From: Chloroflexota bacterium | Lineage (GTDB): Bacteria; Chloroflexota; Anaerolineae; JAAYEA01 | NCBI GenBank assembly: GCA_019873665.1 | Contig: JAIOAV010000005.1 | Coordinates: 1 to 64,000 of the forward strand | Length of the DNA stretch: 64,000 nt | Direction of reading: 5' to 3' | In this document: positions 9,856 through 19,213 of the stretch, piece after piece | Layout: every line of letters begins with the position of its first letter | Position numbering within the stretch: position 1 is the first letter of the stretch | The notes under the pieces: generated by a model | What the model was told of the DNA's origin: nothing | What the model saw: the letters and a program-made list of their open reading frames with translations, nothing else | Database searches by the model: none | Made by a program: the position numbers and the translations under genes

Positions 9856-10602
9856 TCACCTGTTATCGCTTTCGCCAAGTAGCTTCAGGAGCATACGCCA
9901 GGAACGAAGTCGCCATCTCCTGGAACGAGGTATCTCGGCGAGAGTTTGCAGTCCCAATGCCTCCAGGTCGCTGCAGCCGTGTACACTGTCGTCAAGATAG
10001 TCCAACAGAAACGCCAGCGCCACACCCGCGACCAGCGCCAGGAAGAGCCGAATCGGCAAGTCCAGCCGTTCGCGCAGGCTGGGGCCCACCATGCCCACCA
10101 CCGGCGGATCAATCAGCGCGACATGCGCGTTCTCCGCGCCCAACTGCGCCAGGAATGTGGCGCTTTCCTCTTGCAGCGTCTGCACAGCGGCGTTGGCGAT
10201 CAGCCGCAACTCTTCCTCCTGTCCCCAGGTGATAGACAGGCTGAGGATGCGATGTAACTTGCCTGCCTGCGTGCTCCCCTGAATGGCGCCGGCGGGAACC
10301 TGTATGCCGTGCATTGCCAGTCGCTGCGAGACGGCGCTGGCAAAGGCGCTGCTGCGCACCACTTCTGCCAGATCATCCACCAGGTACTCGGAGGCCAGCC
10401 ATGTGTAATAGCGATCATAGGTGTAATATGCGCCGGTGCTCGGCTCTGGCACGACGCCAACAGCAAAGCGCATGCCCGCCTGATATACCGCTGGCCTGTC
10501 AGCAAGCAGGCCAGGAAGACTGGCGATGACCACTACGAGTAACAAAAGGGCGATCACCCACCTATGTCGCCATAGGATACGACCGTACGCTTTCAGTTCC
10601 AA
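9856..10602 (-). CDS. Second Wzz-like chain-length determinant protein
   Basis: Same architecture (MELKAYGRILWRHRWVIALLLLVVVIASL ... C-terminal TM LFLALVAGVALAFLL); tandem paralog. Confidence 0.65.
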   Translation of the reverse strand: MELKAYGRILWRHRWVIALLLLVVVIASLPGLLADRPAVYQAGMRFAVGVVPEPSTGAYYTYDRYYTWLASEYLVDDLAEVVRSSAFASAVSQRLAMHGIQVPAGAIQGSTQAGKLHRILSLSITWGQEEELRLIANAAVQTLQEESATFLAQLGAENAHVALIDPPVVGMVGPSLRERLDLPIRLFLALVAGVALAFLLDYLDDSVHGCSDLEALGLQTLAEIPRSRRWRLRSWRMLLKLLGESDNR

Positions 10603-11747
10603 GAGATGCCTCCTTTATGCCTGCTGGCCGCCGCCGTTACATAGTCGGCAAGCTGACTCTTGAAGAGCGCGGTGTCAAAGCGGGCAGCATGACGCTGAAT
10701 GGTGGTGCTATCCCAATGCATCTGCTCCGATCGCCGGATAGCATCAATCAGCGATGCGGCACTCTTTTCCCGGAAAAACAGGCCGGTTACGCCTTCGATC
10801 ACCGTGTCCAACGCGCCGCCTCCCGCATAGGCGATGACGGGGCTGCCCGCAGCCTGCGCTTCGACCGGCGTGATGCCGAAATCCTCCTCCCCGGGAAAGA
10901 CAAAAGCGCGACAGTGCGCGAGCTCTTCCCGCAACTCGGCATCGCTCAGCCGCCCGCGAAAGACGATGTTCGGCTTGGCCATCGCCTGCAGCGCGGCGCG
11001 GTCGCGTCCATCGCCGACGATGTGCAGCGGCAGGCCAAGCTCATTGAACGCTTGCACGGCCAGATCCACCCGTTTGTATGGGATCAAGCGCCCTGCGCTC
11101 AGGTAGTAGTCTCCGCGCTGTGGCGCGGCATAGAAGCGTCGTACGTCCACCGGCGGATAGATGATCTCAGCAGTGCGGCCATAGCACCTGCCGATGCGCT
11201 CGCGCACTGCCTGTGAGATAGCGATAAAGTCGTCAATGCGATCCGCTGCCCTGCGATCCCATCGGCGGAGGCGCGTGATCAGCGGCGGCAACAGCAGTCG
11301 CGCCACTTTCCCCAGCGCCTCGCGCTTCACGTACGTCTCATAATCCCAAAGGAAACGGGCCGGGGTCAGGCAATAGCAGATGTGTCGGGTTTCCGGTGGC
11401 GTCTTGATGCCATGAGCAAAAGCGCTGGTAACGCTCAAGAGCACGTCATAGCCACGCACATCCAGGCGTTCAAAGGCGATCGGATACAGGGGCAGAAACG
11501 GCTGATGATGTGGCTTGACCAACGGCCAGCGATCGAGAAAGGTAGTGCGAATATCCCAGGAGCGGTACGCAGCGGGCAGCGCTTCTGGCCAGTAAATCGA
11601 GGTATAGATTGGCGCCTCCGGGTACATCTCGTGCACCACTTCCAGGACGCGCTCTGCGCCGCCATATTGGTTCAGATACGAACAGGCAATCGCTACCCGT
11701 AACGCCACAGTCTCTTGCTCACCTTGCTCGTCGCTATTTCCCCACAC
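10593..11747 (-). CDS. Glycosyltransferase family 4 (GT-B, group 1)
   Basis: 384 aa with the C-terminal GT4 E-x7-E-type region (FVFPGEEDFGITPVEAQAAGSPVIA). Confidence 0.8.
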   Translation of the reverse strand: MWGNSDEQGEQETVALRVAIACSYLNQYGGAERVLEVVHEMYPEAPIYTSIYWPEALPAAYRSWDIRTTFLDRWPLVKPHHQPFLPLYPIAFERLDVRGYDVLLSVTSAFAHGIKTPPETRHICYCLTPARFLWDYETYVKREALGKVARLLLPPLITRLRRWDRRAADRIDDFIAISQAVRERIGRCYGRTAEIIYPPVDVRRFYAAPQRGDYYLSAGRLIPYKRVDLAVQAFNELGLPLHIVGDGRDRAALQAMAKPNIVFRGRLSDAELREELAHCRAFVFPGEEDFGITPVEAQAAGSPVIAYAGGGALDTVIEGVTGLFFREKSAASLIDAIRRSEQMHWDSTTIQRHAARFDTALFKSQLADYVTAAASRHKGGISWN

Positions 11748-13125
11748 AGAAACGCCGAAAGATCGTGTCCAGTAGATCCTCTGTCGCCGATTCGCCGGTG
11801 ATCTCCCCCAGCGCCGTCACAGCAGCAGTTACGTCAATCGAGACAAAATCCTCGGCCATGCCACGCATGTGTGACTCCTGGGCCGCCCGGACATGCTCCA
11901 GTGCCCGATGCAGGATGGCCTGGTGGCGCGGATTACTCACCAGCGGCGCATCGGATGTGCGCACCTGCCCGGCAAAGATCGCCTCCTCCATGGCCTGCTC
12001 GAGCGTGTCTATCCCCTCGCCGGTCAGTGCGGAGACCGTCACATGCATAGCTTTTGGCAAAAGGGCATCAGTCACGGCGACTGCGGGCAGGTCTGCCTTG
12101 TTGAGCACGAGGATCACTGTCTTGCCGTGCAACAACGCGGCGATCGCCTCGTCGGCGGCGGTCAACGCCTCGCTGCGGTCAACGACGAACAGGACGAGAT
12201 CTGCCTGCTGCAACGCCTGGCGGCTGCGCTCGATGCCCAGTTGCGTGACCAGATCCTCTGTGGCGGCGATGCCGGCGGTATCCACTAGGCAGAGGGGAAT
12301 ACCGCGCAAGTTCAGCCTCTCTTCGAGAGTGTCGCGCGTTGTGCCCGGAATCGGCGCGACGATGGCGCGGCTCGTGCGCAACAGCGCGTTCAGCAGGCTT
12401 GACTTGCCCACATTCGGCCGGCCCACAATCGCCACGCGCACCCCCTGCCGGTAGATGATGCCCTGGCTCGATTGCACGAGGAGCTGCTCCAGTGCCGCCT
12501 CAGCCCTGGCCAGCGGTGGCGCGATGTCCTGATACGGGATGTCGTCCTCCGTGAAATCTATGCTGGCTTCCAGGAAGGCAAGCACCTCCACCAGTTCCTG
12601 TCGCACTACGCGCACTCTATCCGACAGCCGCCCTTCCAGTTGACCTAACGCCATCCGCAGGCTCGCATCGGTCTGCGCACAGATGATGTCCAGCACCGCC
12701 TCCGCCTGCGCCAGGTCGAGACGCCCATTAAGAAAAGCGCGCAGGGTGAACTCGCCCGGCTCGGCCAGCCGCGCGCCCTGGCGCAACGCCAGCAGCAGGA
12801 TGCGCCGCAGCGGGACGATGCCGCCGTGACAGTTGATCTCGACGACATCCTCCCGTGTATACGAGTGCGGCGCCCGCATATAGGACGCCAGAACCTCGTC
12901 CAGAGTTTCCCCAGTCGCCGGATCAACCACGCGCCCATAACGGAGTCGGTATGGCTCAATCGCCGGCACAGCGTTCCCTTTCTTGCCACGCCGTAGGACA
13001 CGGCGCAAGATGGCAAGCGCATCCGGCCCGCTAAGGCGAACGATGCCGATTCCTCCCTCGCCGATGGGCGTGGAGATCGCGACGATGGTGTCATTCAGCA
13101 CGGGCATGCGATTCCGCCAATTCAC
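11734..13125 (-). CDS. mnmE: tRNA modification GTPase MnmE (TrmE)
   Basis: N-terminal folate-binding domain (DTIVAISTPIGEGGIGIVRLSG), G-domain (GRPNVGKSSLLNAL, DTAG) and C-terminal CxGK motif (RFCVGK). Confidence 0.9.
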   Translation of the reverse strand: MNWRNRMPVLNDTIVAISTPIGEGGIGIVRLSGPDALAILRRVLRRGKKGNAVPAIEPYRLRYGRVVDPATGETLDEVLASYMRAPHSYTREDVVEINCHGGIVPLRRILLLALRQGARLAEPGEFTLRAFLNGRLDLAQAEAVLDIICAQTDASLRMALGQLEGRLSDRVRVVRQELVEVLAFLEASIDFTEDDIPYQDIAPPLARAEAALEQLLVQSSQGIIYRQGVRVAIVGRPNVGKSSLLNALLRTSRAIVAPIPGTTRDTLEERLNLRGIPLCLVDTAGIAATEDLVTQLGIERSRQALQQADLVLFVVDRSEALTAADEAIAALLHGKTVILVLNKADLPAVAVTDALLPKAMHVTVSALTGEGIDTLEQAMEEAIFAGQVRTSDAPLVSNPRHQAILHRALEHVRAAQESHMRGMAEDFVSIDVTAAVTALGEITGESATEDLLDTIFRRFCVGK

Positions 13126-14311
13126 CGATCAACATACAAGGCCCATGTACCGTCTGCGTGAGAAAGAGAATGCACGTCTGACTTCCTGACAGCTTGAGCC
13201 CCTTCCGAAAGGTCTCTGGCTCCACCGGAAAGCCCCTCTTTTTGACCACCAGCTCTCCCACGTCTAACGCGTGCAGGCGTTCCTTGAGCAGGCGTAGGCT
13301 GAAGCGGTGCGCCTCAAGAATACGATAGCCCTTGGCAAAGGGCGTCTGCACTAGGTGGTCGCCAACCAGATAGGCGATATCCGGATGGATCTTGGCCAGA
13401 CCTAACTGCCGCGCCAGCGGCTGAACCAGATGGGCGCGGATCACCGCGGCATCCGGCTCATAAAGATAGCGCTGTGGCTCGACGACGGGCACGGAGGCGA
13501 CATCTTCATCGTCAATGAGCGTTGCCTCTTGCGGCAGGAGCGTCGCACGACGCGCGCACGTCCGAAAACGCCCCAGCCAGAGGATCGCCTCTTTGCAGGT
13601 TCCCTTCTCCGAAATGAACTCGACCTCGCAATCAAGCCCCAGCTGGTCTAGCTCATCGTAATCCACGCCGGGTGATATCTTGACGGCGATATCCGGCGTC
13701 TCGCGCCTCAGCTCGCGCAGCACGGTGAGTGGCGGATCGTAGCGAAAGATGGAGAAGGCACGCCGCTCTTCCGCCCGCCGCGAGGGATCCAGATACAGGG
13801 CCGGGAGCGCGGAGAGGCGCAGCGTGCGCCAGTCCGCGCAGACCGGCCACATGGCCTCCGAGCGACCACCGGCGGCGACATTGGCTACCGCTATCCGGAG
13901 ACGCAGCTCATCCCGCTCGATGGCCATCACCTGCGTTACCTGGCTCAGCGCCATTGTGTCGCCGCCGATCCCACATCCCAGCTCTCCCAGCCTGGAGACA
14001 GACGCCAGCCGCTGGGCGCGGTAGCGCGCGACGGCGTCGCCGCTGGCCTGCTCCAGCGCCTCACGCGTCAGGTAGAGCCGATCGGCGCAGGCGAACTTGA
14101 CGGCCGCCCGCTGGCGGAGCAGCGCCGTCTCCAGTGCCGCCGCGGCGTGATCCCTGCCATACGCGGCGCGCAGCCGTTCCAGCCAGCGCAGGCGATCGCC
14201 CTCTCGGATCTGCTCGCCGGCGAGTTGCTGCAGCGCGGCAGCGCCCTGGGGCGACTGGAGCCAATCAAGGTCAGCCAGAGTCATCTGATATGCCATATCC
14301 ACACCGCCCAT
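13091..14311 (-). CDS. Class I SAM-dependent methyltransferase with a C-terminal THUMP-like/uncharacterised domain
   Basis: SAM-binding motif I (LGCGIGGD); ~400-aa two-domain protein; the start may be the second Met (MAYQM). Confidence 0.55.
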   Translation of the reverse strand: MGGVDMAYQMTLADLDWLQSPQGAAALQQLAGEQIREGDRLRWLERLRAAYGRDHAAAALETALLRQRAAVKFACADRLYLTREALEQASGDAVARYRAQRLASVSRLGELGCGIGGDTMALSQVTQVMAIERDELRLRIAVANVAAGGRSEAMWPVCADWRTLRLSALPALYLDPSRRAEERRAFSIFRYDPPLTVLRELRRETPDIAVKISPGVDYDELDQLGLDCEVEFISEKGTCKEAILWLGRFRTCARRATLLPQEATLIDDEDVASVPVVEPQRYLYEPDAAVIRAHLVQPLARQLGLAKIHPDIAYLVGDHLVQTPFAKGYRILEAHRFSLRLLKERLHALDVGELVVKKRGFPVEPETFRKGLKLSGSQTCILFLTQTVHGPCMLIGELAESHARAE

Positions 14312-14371
14312 ATTTTACGGTTTTGCAGGCAAAATCCCAAACCAGCCATCCGACGGGTAGCATGTAAATAA

Positions 14372-14534
14372 GTCCCGGACTTACCTCGGTCGTCGCCAAA
14401 AACAGCTCCTGAATCGCTCCCAACGCCTGTTTCTGGCTCCGATTCGATGCTTTGGTGCCATGTGAAGCGTTTGCTCAGAGGGCGATTCCGGCTTGCACTG
14501 CCCTTTGCGCAATCTCCACCGAAAAGTATATCGC
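14372..14534 (-). repeat. Copy C (inverted orientation) of the ~170-bp conserved intergenic element
   Basis: Reverse complement aligns with copies A and B across the whole core (…cagtgcaagccggaatcgccctctgagcaaacgcttcacatggcaccaaagcatcgaatcggagccagaaacaggcgttgggagcgattcaggagctgtttttggcgacgaccgaggtaagtccgggact…). It lies immediately 5' of the minus-strand methyltransferase gene. Confidence 0.8.
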
Positions 14535-14610
14535 AGTTTGCCTAATCGGCAGGATTATGCTATAATTACTATTTGTGGCATGTGCATTACCGGAAAGGCG
14601 GTGAAGTGCG

Positions 14611-14970
14611 ATGGTGGATCTTCTCTCCTCTGTGGAGCAGCAGTACAAATCTGAGAAGGAAATACCTGATCTGCGACCTGGCGATACAGTCCGCGTCCAT
14701 AATCGCATTGTGGAAGGCGAGCGTGAGCGCGTTCAAGTCTTTCAAGGAACGTTGATGCGGCATCGGCATGGGGGCCTGAACGAGACGATTACGGTACGGC
14801 GTATCGCCTCCAATGGTGTGGGTGTGGAGCGTACCTTTCTCCTGAATTCACCTTCAGTGGAAAAAGTCGAGATCATGCGCCACGCCAAGACGCGACAGGC
14901 CCAGCTCTATTTTCTACGGGATCGGCGTGGCAAGTCGGCGCGTATCAAAGAGAACCGGTCGCGCGAGTAG
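14611..14970 (+). CDS. rplS: 50S ribosomal protein L19
   Basis: 119-aa protein with conserved L19 core (…RPGDTVRVHNRIVEGERERVQVFQGTLM…VRRIASNGVGVERTF); gctataat -10 box ~50 nt upstream. Confidence 0.9.
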   Translation: MVDLLSSVEQQYKSEKEIPDLRPGDTVRVHNRIVEGERERVQVFQGTLMRHRHGGLNETITVRRIASNGVGVERTFLLNSPSVEKVEIMRHAKTRQAQLYFLRDRRGKSARIKENRSRE

Positions 14971-15001
14971 GACGCGCGCGGCATCGTCCCGGAGACATGA
15001 G

Positions 15002-15026
15002 GCGCAGGCGCAGACCTGCGCTTTTT
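15002..15026 (+). terminator. Probable rho-independent terminator/attenuator after rplS
   Basis: GC stem gcgcagg / cctgcgc followed by ttttt, between rplS and rnhB. Confidence 0.45.
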
Positions 15027-15042
15027 CGTCTGGAAACGGCGG

Positions 15043-15729
15043 ATGCAGATTCCTACCCTGGCTGTCGAGCGATCGCTATTCGCAGATGGGTATCACTGGA
15101 TTGCGGGCATTGACGAGGTAGGCCGTGGCGCGTGGGCTGGCCCAGTGGTTGCGGCCGCAGTTATCCTGCCAGTGCAAGAGCAGACACTCATCGCCGATCT
15201 GGCAGGAGTGCGCGACTCCAAGTTGCTGACCCCGGCTCAGAGACACTCTCTCGCGCAGCGTATTCGCGCACAAGCCCTCACCGTGGGGACTGGCATGGTC
15301 TCACATAGCGAGATCGATGCACACGGCATTGTCGCGGCGACACGCCGGGCGATGCTGCTCGCGCTGGCCGCCCTGCCTTTCCAGCCCGACTATCTGGTGA
15401 TAGACGCGCTGACTCTGCCGGGCTGTCCGATCGCACAGATGGCGATCATCCACGGGGACGCGCGCTGCCTCAGCGTCGCTGCGGCCTCCATTATCGCCAA
15501 GGTGACGCGCGACAACTGGATGGTCGGGCAGGATAGTGCCTATCCAGGCTATGGCTTTGCGCAGCACAAGGGCTATGGCACGCGCGCACATCAGAGCGCG
15601 TTAGCCCGGTTGGGGCCGACCACTATCCACCGCCGCTCTTTTGCTCCTCTCCGCCACTACCTGTCGGCGCAAGGTGAGCACTGTGACACCTCATCAGATG
15701 CCAGCCTCATCAGTGGCGGACGCGAGTAG
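15043..15729 (+). CDS. rnhB: Ribonuclease HII
   Basis: N-terminal catalytic motif IAGIDEVGRGAWAGPVVAAAVIL (D-E-D-D family); classical rplS-rnhB linkage. Confidence 0.9.
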   Translation: MQIPTLAVERSLFADGYHWIAGIDEVGRGAWAGPVVAAAVILPVQEQTLIADLAGVRDSKLLTPAQRHSLAQRIRAQALTVGTGMVSHSEIDAHGIVAATRRAMLLALAALPFQPDYLVIDALTLPGCPIAQMAIIHGDARCLSVAAASIIAKVTRDNWMVGQDSAYPGYGFAQHKGYGTRAHQSALARLGPTTIHRRSFAPLRHYLSAQGEHCDTSSDASLISGGRE

Positions 15730-15911
15730 AATCCCTGACTTTGGGCCACTGCCGCGCATGGCAGCAGCCCAGAGAATTGGCGTTGCGCCGCGATGATGGA
15801 CTTGTGGCGAATTTCGTGGTATTATATGCACCATCTACAGACCAAGCATTGATAATGCTCTGTTGTGAGCATCCCGCCGTTGATCGCCCTTGACCGATCA
15901 GGAGCAGCGTT

Positions 15912-17480
15912 ATGCTAAAGCCCTTGCGTGTCCTTTTGGGCAGCCTCCTTGTCATAACCGCATTTCTGCTGACACCCTGGCAGATCAGTTACGTTGTCCT
16001 CAGTGCATTTCTACTCTGGCTGGTCTCAAGCTTTGCGCCTCGCCGCTACAAGCGTCATTTCTTCCTCGCCTGGTGCGTCGTGTTCATCACGCTCTTCGTC
16101 AGCACCGTGCTACAATCCATTCTCATTCGGCACCGTGGCTTCCAGAGCCTGCTGCAACGCTTCCCTATCCTCGATCTGCTGGCGGGCGGCCCTTATAAGC
16201 TCGGCTTTTGGGCGGCCCTCGCCGGCCTGGTGATCGCCATCGTCGCCGTCTGGGTTGCGCTGCAGGCGCTGGCATTTGTCAGCGCGGAATGGGTTCTGAA
16301 TCTGAGCAGCGGATTGCAGATTGACGCGAAACAAGCGCGCAAGTACGTGTGGGACCTCATCCTACAGCAACACCTCCCCTCGGTGATTGTGGATAGCGGG
16401 CAGGCCATAACCCAGTCGCCGGCAGGTATCCTCAATCGGTTGGGAGGACCTGGCCTGCTCATCATACGGCCAGGGAATGCTGTCATCGTTGAGTCCGCAG
16501 ACGGCACAGTGGAAATTCACGGGCCGGGCACGGCTCCCCTCAAGCGTCTGGCAAAGATCAAGGAAGTGGTTGATCTTCGCCCACAGGAAGAGGCTATCAC
16601 GGTGACCGAGGTGCTCACTAAGGAGCGGATCCCGCTCAAGTTCCAGCTCAATGCCATCTTTCAGATCGAGCCGAAAGCAGACACCGATTCCCGGCCCGCG
16701 GCTCTGACAGAGCGCAAGCACGTGGAGGGCACGATCAGCGGCCCATATGCTGTTTACAAGGAGACGGTGTTCAAGGCGGGTTACCAAGCGGCCCATGCGG
16801 GATGGAAGGCGGAGACGATCCAGGCCATTTCCGCCGCGCTAAGAGATATCGTCTTTGGGCACAGCATCGAAGAGATATACCACACACCTGTGGCCACGCT
16901 GGCTGAGAGCCGGTATGTTGGCACGGGCACCCCAGAAAAGAGCCAGATTATCTCATCGTTGGAACAAGCGCTCCAGCAACAGCTAGCGGCCGTCACCCCG
17001 GCCTGGGGCGTGCGTATCGCGAGCATTGACATCGCCACCATCGAGGCCCCAGCCGAGATCTACCAGACGATCTTGACCTGGTGGCAGAAAAAGTGGGAAG
17101 TCGAGATCGCCAAGCAGGATGCGACAAAGGAAGCCACGCTGATGATGGAACGTGCCGCCGCGCGCCGGGATGCCTTCATGTACGAGACGGAGGGGGAGGC
17201 CCTGGCCCGTGCCCAGTGGCTGCGCGAGATTCTGCCGGTGCTCCTCAAGGACAACCAGACTCTCGATAACCGCAGCGTGGTCGAACTGCTGCGCGAGCTG
17301 ATCTCTCCCGGCAAAGGCCGCACCATCGAGCAGCCAAAGCAAGCGCCGCAACTGACACAGCCCGCTCCTACTGTCCCCATGTCCGCCGACGGCGCACAGC
17401 AGGCAGCGTCACCAGCCCCACCACCAGAGACATCTGCAGAGCAGCCAAAGGCTGAACCAGGGAGCAAGAAGGAGGAGTGA
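15912..17480 (+). CDS. SPFH/Band-7 domain membrane protein with long C-terminal extension
   Basis: N-terminal TM helices, SPFH-like core (…LLIIRPGNAVIVESADGTVEIHGPG…ITVTEVLTKERIPLKFQLNAIFQIEP…), coiled-coil and Pro/Ala-rich acidic tail. Confidence 0.65.
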   Translation: MLKPLRVLLGSLLVITAFLLTPWQISYVVLSAFLLWLVSSFAPRRYKRHFFLAWCVVFITLFVSTVLQSILIRHRGFQSLLQRFPILDLLAGGPYKLGFWAALAGLVIAIVAVWVALQALAFVSAEWVLNLSSGLQIDAKQARKYVWDLILQQHLPSVIVDSGQAITQSPAGILNRLGGPGLLIIRPGNAVIVESADGTVEIHGPGTAPLKRLAKIKEVVDLRPQEEAITVTEVLTKERIPLKFQLNAIFQIEPKADTDSRPAALTERKHVEGTISGPYAVYKETVFKAGYQAAHAGWKAETIQAISAALRDIVFGHSIEEIYHTPVATLAESRYVGTGTPEKSQIISSLEQALQQQLAAVTPAWGVRIASIDIATIEAPAEIYQTILTWWQKKWEVEIAKQDATKEATLMMERAAARRDAFMYETEGEALARAQWLREILPVLLKDNQTLDNRSVVELLRELISPGKGRTIEQPKQAPQLTQPAPTVPMSADGAQQAASPAPPPETSAEQPKAEPGSKKEE

Positions 17481-18244
17481 TGTCCACAGCAAGCCCTTCC
17501 CCTCGAAAAGCGGAAACGGCAGCGAAGGAAGCGCCAGTGCCCAGCTATTTCCAGACGATCCTGGGCCAGATCAGCATTCTCACACTCCTTCTGCCGCTAG
17601 CGCCCATCCTGCCTGACATGGGACGCAAGACAACCGTTATGGCCGAGGTCATCTGCGCGCTGGTGTTCATTTTCCTCTACAAGCAACGCCGCTCGCTATA
17701 CGAGGGGGAGCTGCGCAAGAGCGTCCGTGGCGCTGCGGGGATGAGCGTGAGGACGATCGCGATCCTAGCACTTGCTGCGGCCATGGTGGTGGGCTTCTTT
17801 CTGGCTTCAGACGGCGCAGTCTACCTGAAGCAAATCCTGCCCACCGTTCTCGTGAGCAAGTTCATCGTCCCACCCTTGCAGATGTTCACCTTTGCCGGGG
17901 TGACCTTCGCCTTTGCCACGATGGCCGCTCTCGATTATATGGCCAAGCTAGAGGAGGCAGGACAATATCCCCGGCCAGATTACCTGCGAGAAGACGCGGA
18001 TCTTCCCACACTAGCCGCCAAGGTCCTGCGCGCCAACCTGAAGATCCCGGATGGAATCGAGTGGAAAATCGTGGAGCGCGAAAAGACACGTAGCGGCGGT
18101 GCCAAGCTGGTCATCGCGTGGACAGAAGAGGTCGTGCGGACAACCTCAAAGGGCGAGATGGTCAAACTTGTACAGGAGAAGCGATACAGGGTCGAACTCG
18201 GCGTGAAGGGGCAGATCATCTCCTTTGCGGAGATCACGACATGA
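17477..18244 (+). CDS. Hypothetical integral membrane protein (translationally coupled to the SPFH gene)
   Basis: GTGATG stop/start overlap with the upstream gene; 4 predicted TM helices; no family assignment. Confidence 0.5.
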   Translation: MMSTASPSPRKAETAAKEAPVPSYFQTILGQISILTLLLPLAPILPDMGRKTTVMAEVICALVFIFLYKQRRSLYEGELRKSVRGAAGMSVRTIAILALAAAMVVGFFLASDGAVYLKQILPTVLVSKFIVPPLQMFTFAGVTFAFATMAALDYMAKLEEAGQYPRPDYLREDADLPTLAAKVLRANLKIPDGIEWKIVEREKTRSGGAKLVIAWTEEVVRTTSKGEMVKLVQEKRYRVELGVKGQIISFAEITT

Positions 18245-18284
18245 TACGAGAGCAGGTCAAAGCAAGCTATAGGAAGGACGGGCC

Positions 18285-19211
18285 ATGAGCGTACCTCGTA
18301 TAGTCGTTATCGGCGCTGCCACCCTCGACATCAAGGGAAAGGCCAAGAAGGCATTGCTGCCGCTAACCTCGAACCCCGGGGACATTCATTTTGGCCCAGG
18401 TGGCGAGGCGCGGAACATCGCTGAGAACCTGGCCCGCCTTGGCCTAGAGACGATCTTGCTCTCCGCGGTGGGACAGGACAGCATTGGGGCCACTATCATC
18501 GCCGACACGGCAGCGGCAGGGGTTGATATCAGCCGCGTGATCCAGAGCGAAACGCACCGCTCATCTACTTATCTGGCGGTGCTGGACGATTCCGGAGCGC
18601 TGGCGATCTCCATCGAGGATATGGCGGCGCTCGAACTGATACGGCCACAGTTCATTTTCCAGCACCGAAGCTGCTTTGCGGGTGCAGCTATGATCGTCAT
18701 AGACGCGAACCTGTCGGAACGCACGATACAGTCAATCCTGCGCATTGCAGAACGATATCGCGTGCCGGTGGCGGCAAACACAGTCTCGGTGGGGTTGGCA
18801 CCGCGTCTGCGCTCTTTCCTCCCGCGGCTGAGCATCCTAACCGCCAACGCCACCGAGGCCTCGGCGCTGTTGAATGAGCGGATCAGCAACACCAGAGAGG
18901 CGCAAGCCATGGCACAGCGTCTTGTCGCGATGGGTGTTGGCACCGTCATCATCACACTCGCTGACAGGGGACTATGCTATGCCACCTCGCGTGAGAGCGG
19001 CTACATGCCGGCGATCCGGTGCGATGTGGTGGATTATACCGGTGCCGGCGCTGCTCTGATGGCGGCGGTGATCTATGGCATCGTCAACGCATTTCCCATC
19101 AATGAGGCGATGCGGCTTGGCGTCTCGGCGGCGACGCTCACGCTCAAATGTCCGGAAACGGTGAGCAAAGAGATGAGCCTCGACAGTCTGTATAACGCAT
19201 TGGTGATATAA
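18285..19211 (+). CDS. psuK: PfkB-family carbohydrate kinase, probable pseudouridine kinase
   Basis: PfkB signatures (IGAATLDIKG…, C-terminal DTTGAGD-like VVDYTGAGAALMAAV); immediately upstream of psuG with a 3-nt gap. Confidence 0.7.
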   Translation: MSVPRIVVIGAATLDIKGKAKKALLPLTSNPGDIHFGPGGEARNIAENLARLGLETILLSAVGQDSIGATIIADTAAAGVDISRVIQSETHRSSTYLAVLDDSGALAISIEDMAALELIRPQFIFQHRSCFAGAAMIVIDANLSERTIQSILRIAERYRVPVAANTVSVGLAPRLRSFLPRLSILTANATEASALLNERISNTREAQAMAQRLVAMGVGTVIITLADRGLCYATSRESGYMPAIRCDVVDYTGAGAALMAAVIYGIVNAFPINEAMRLGVSAATLTLKCPETVSKEMSLDSLYNALVI

Positions 19212-19213
19212 GG

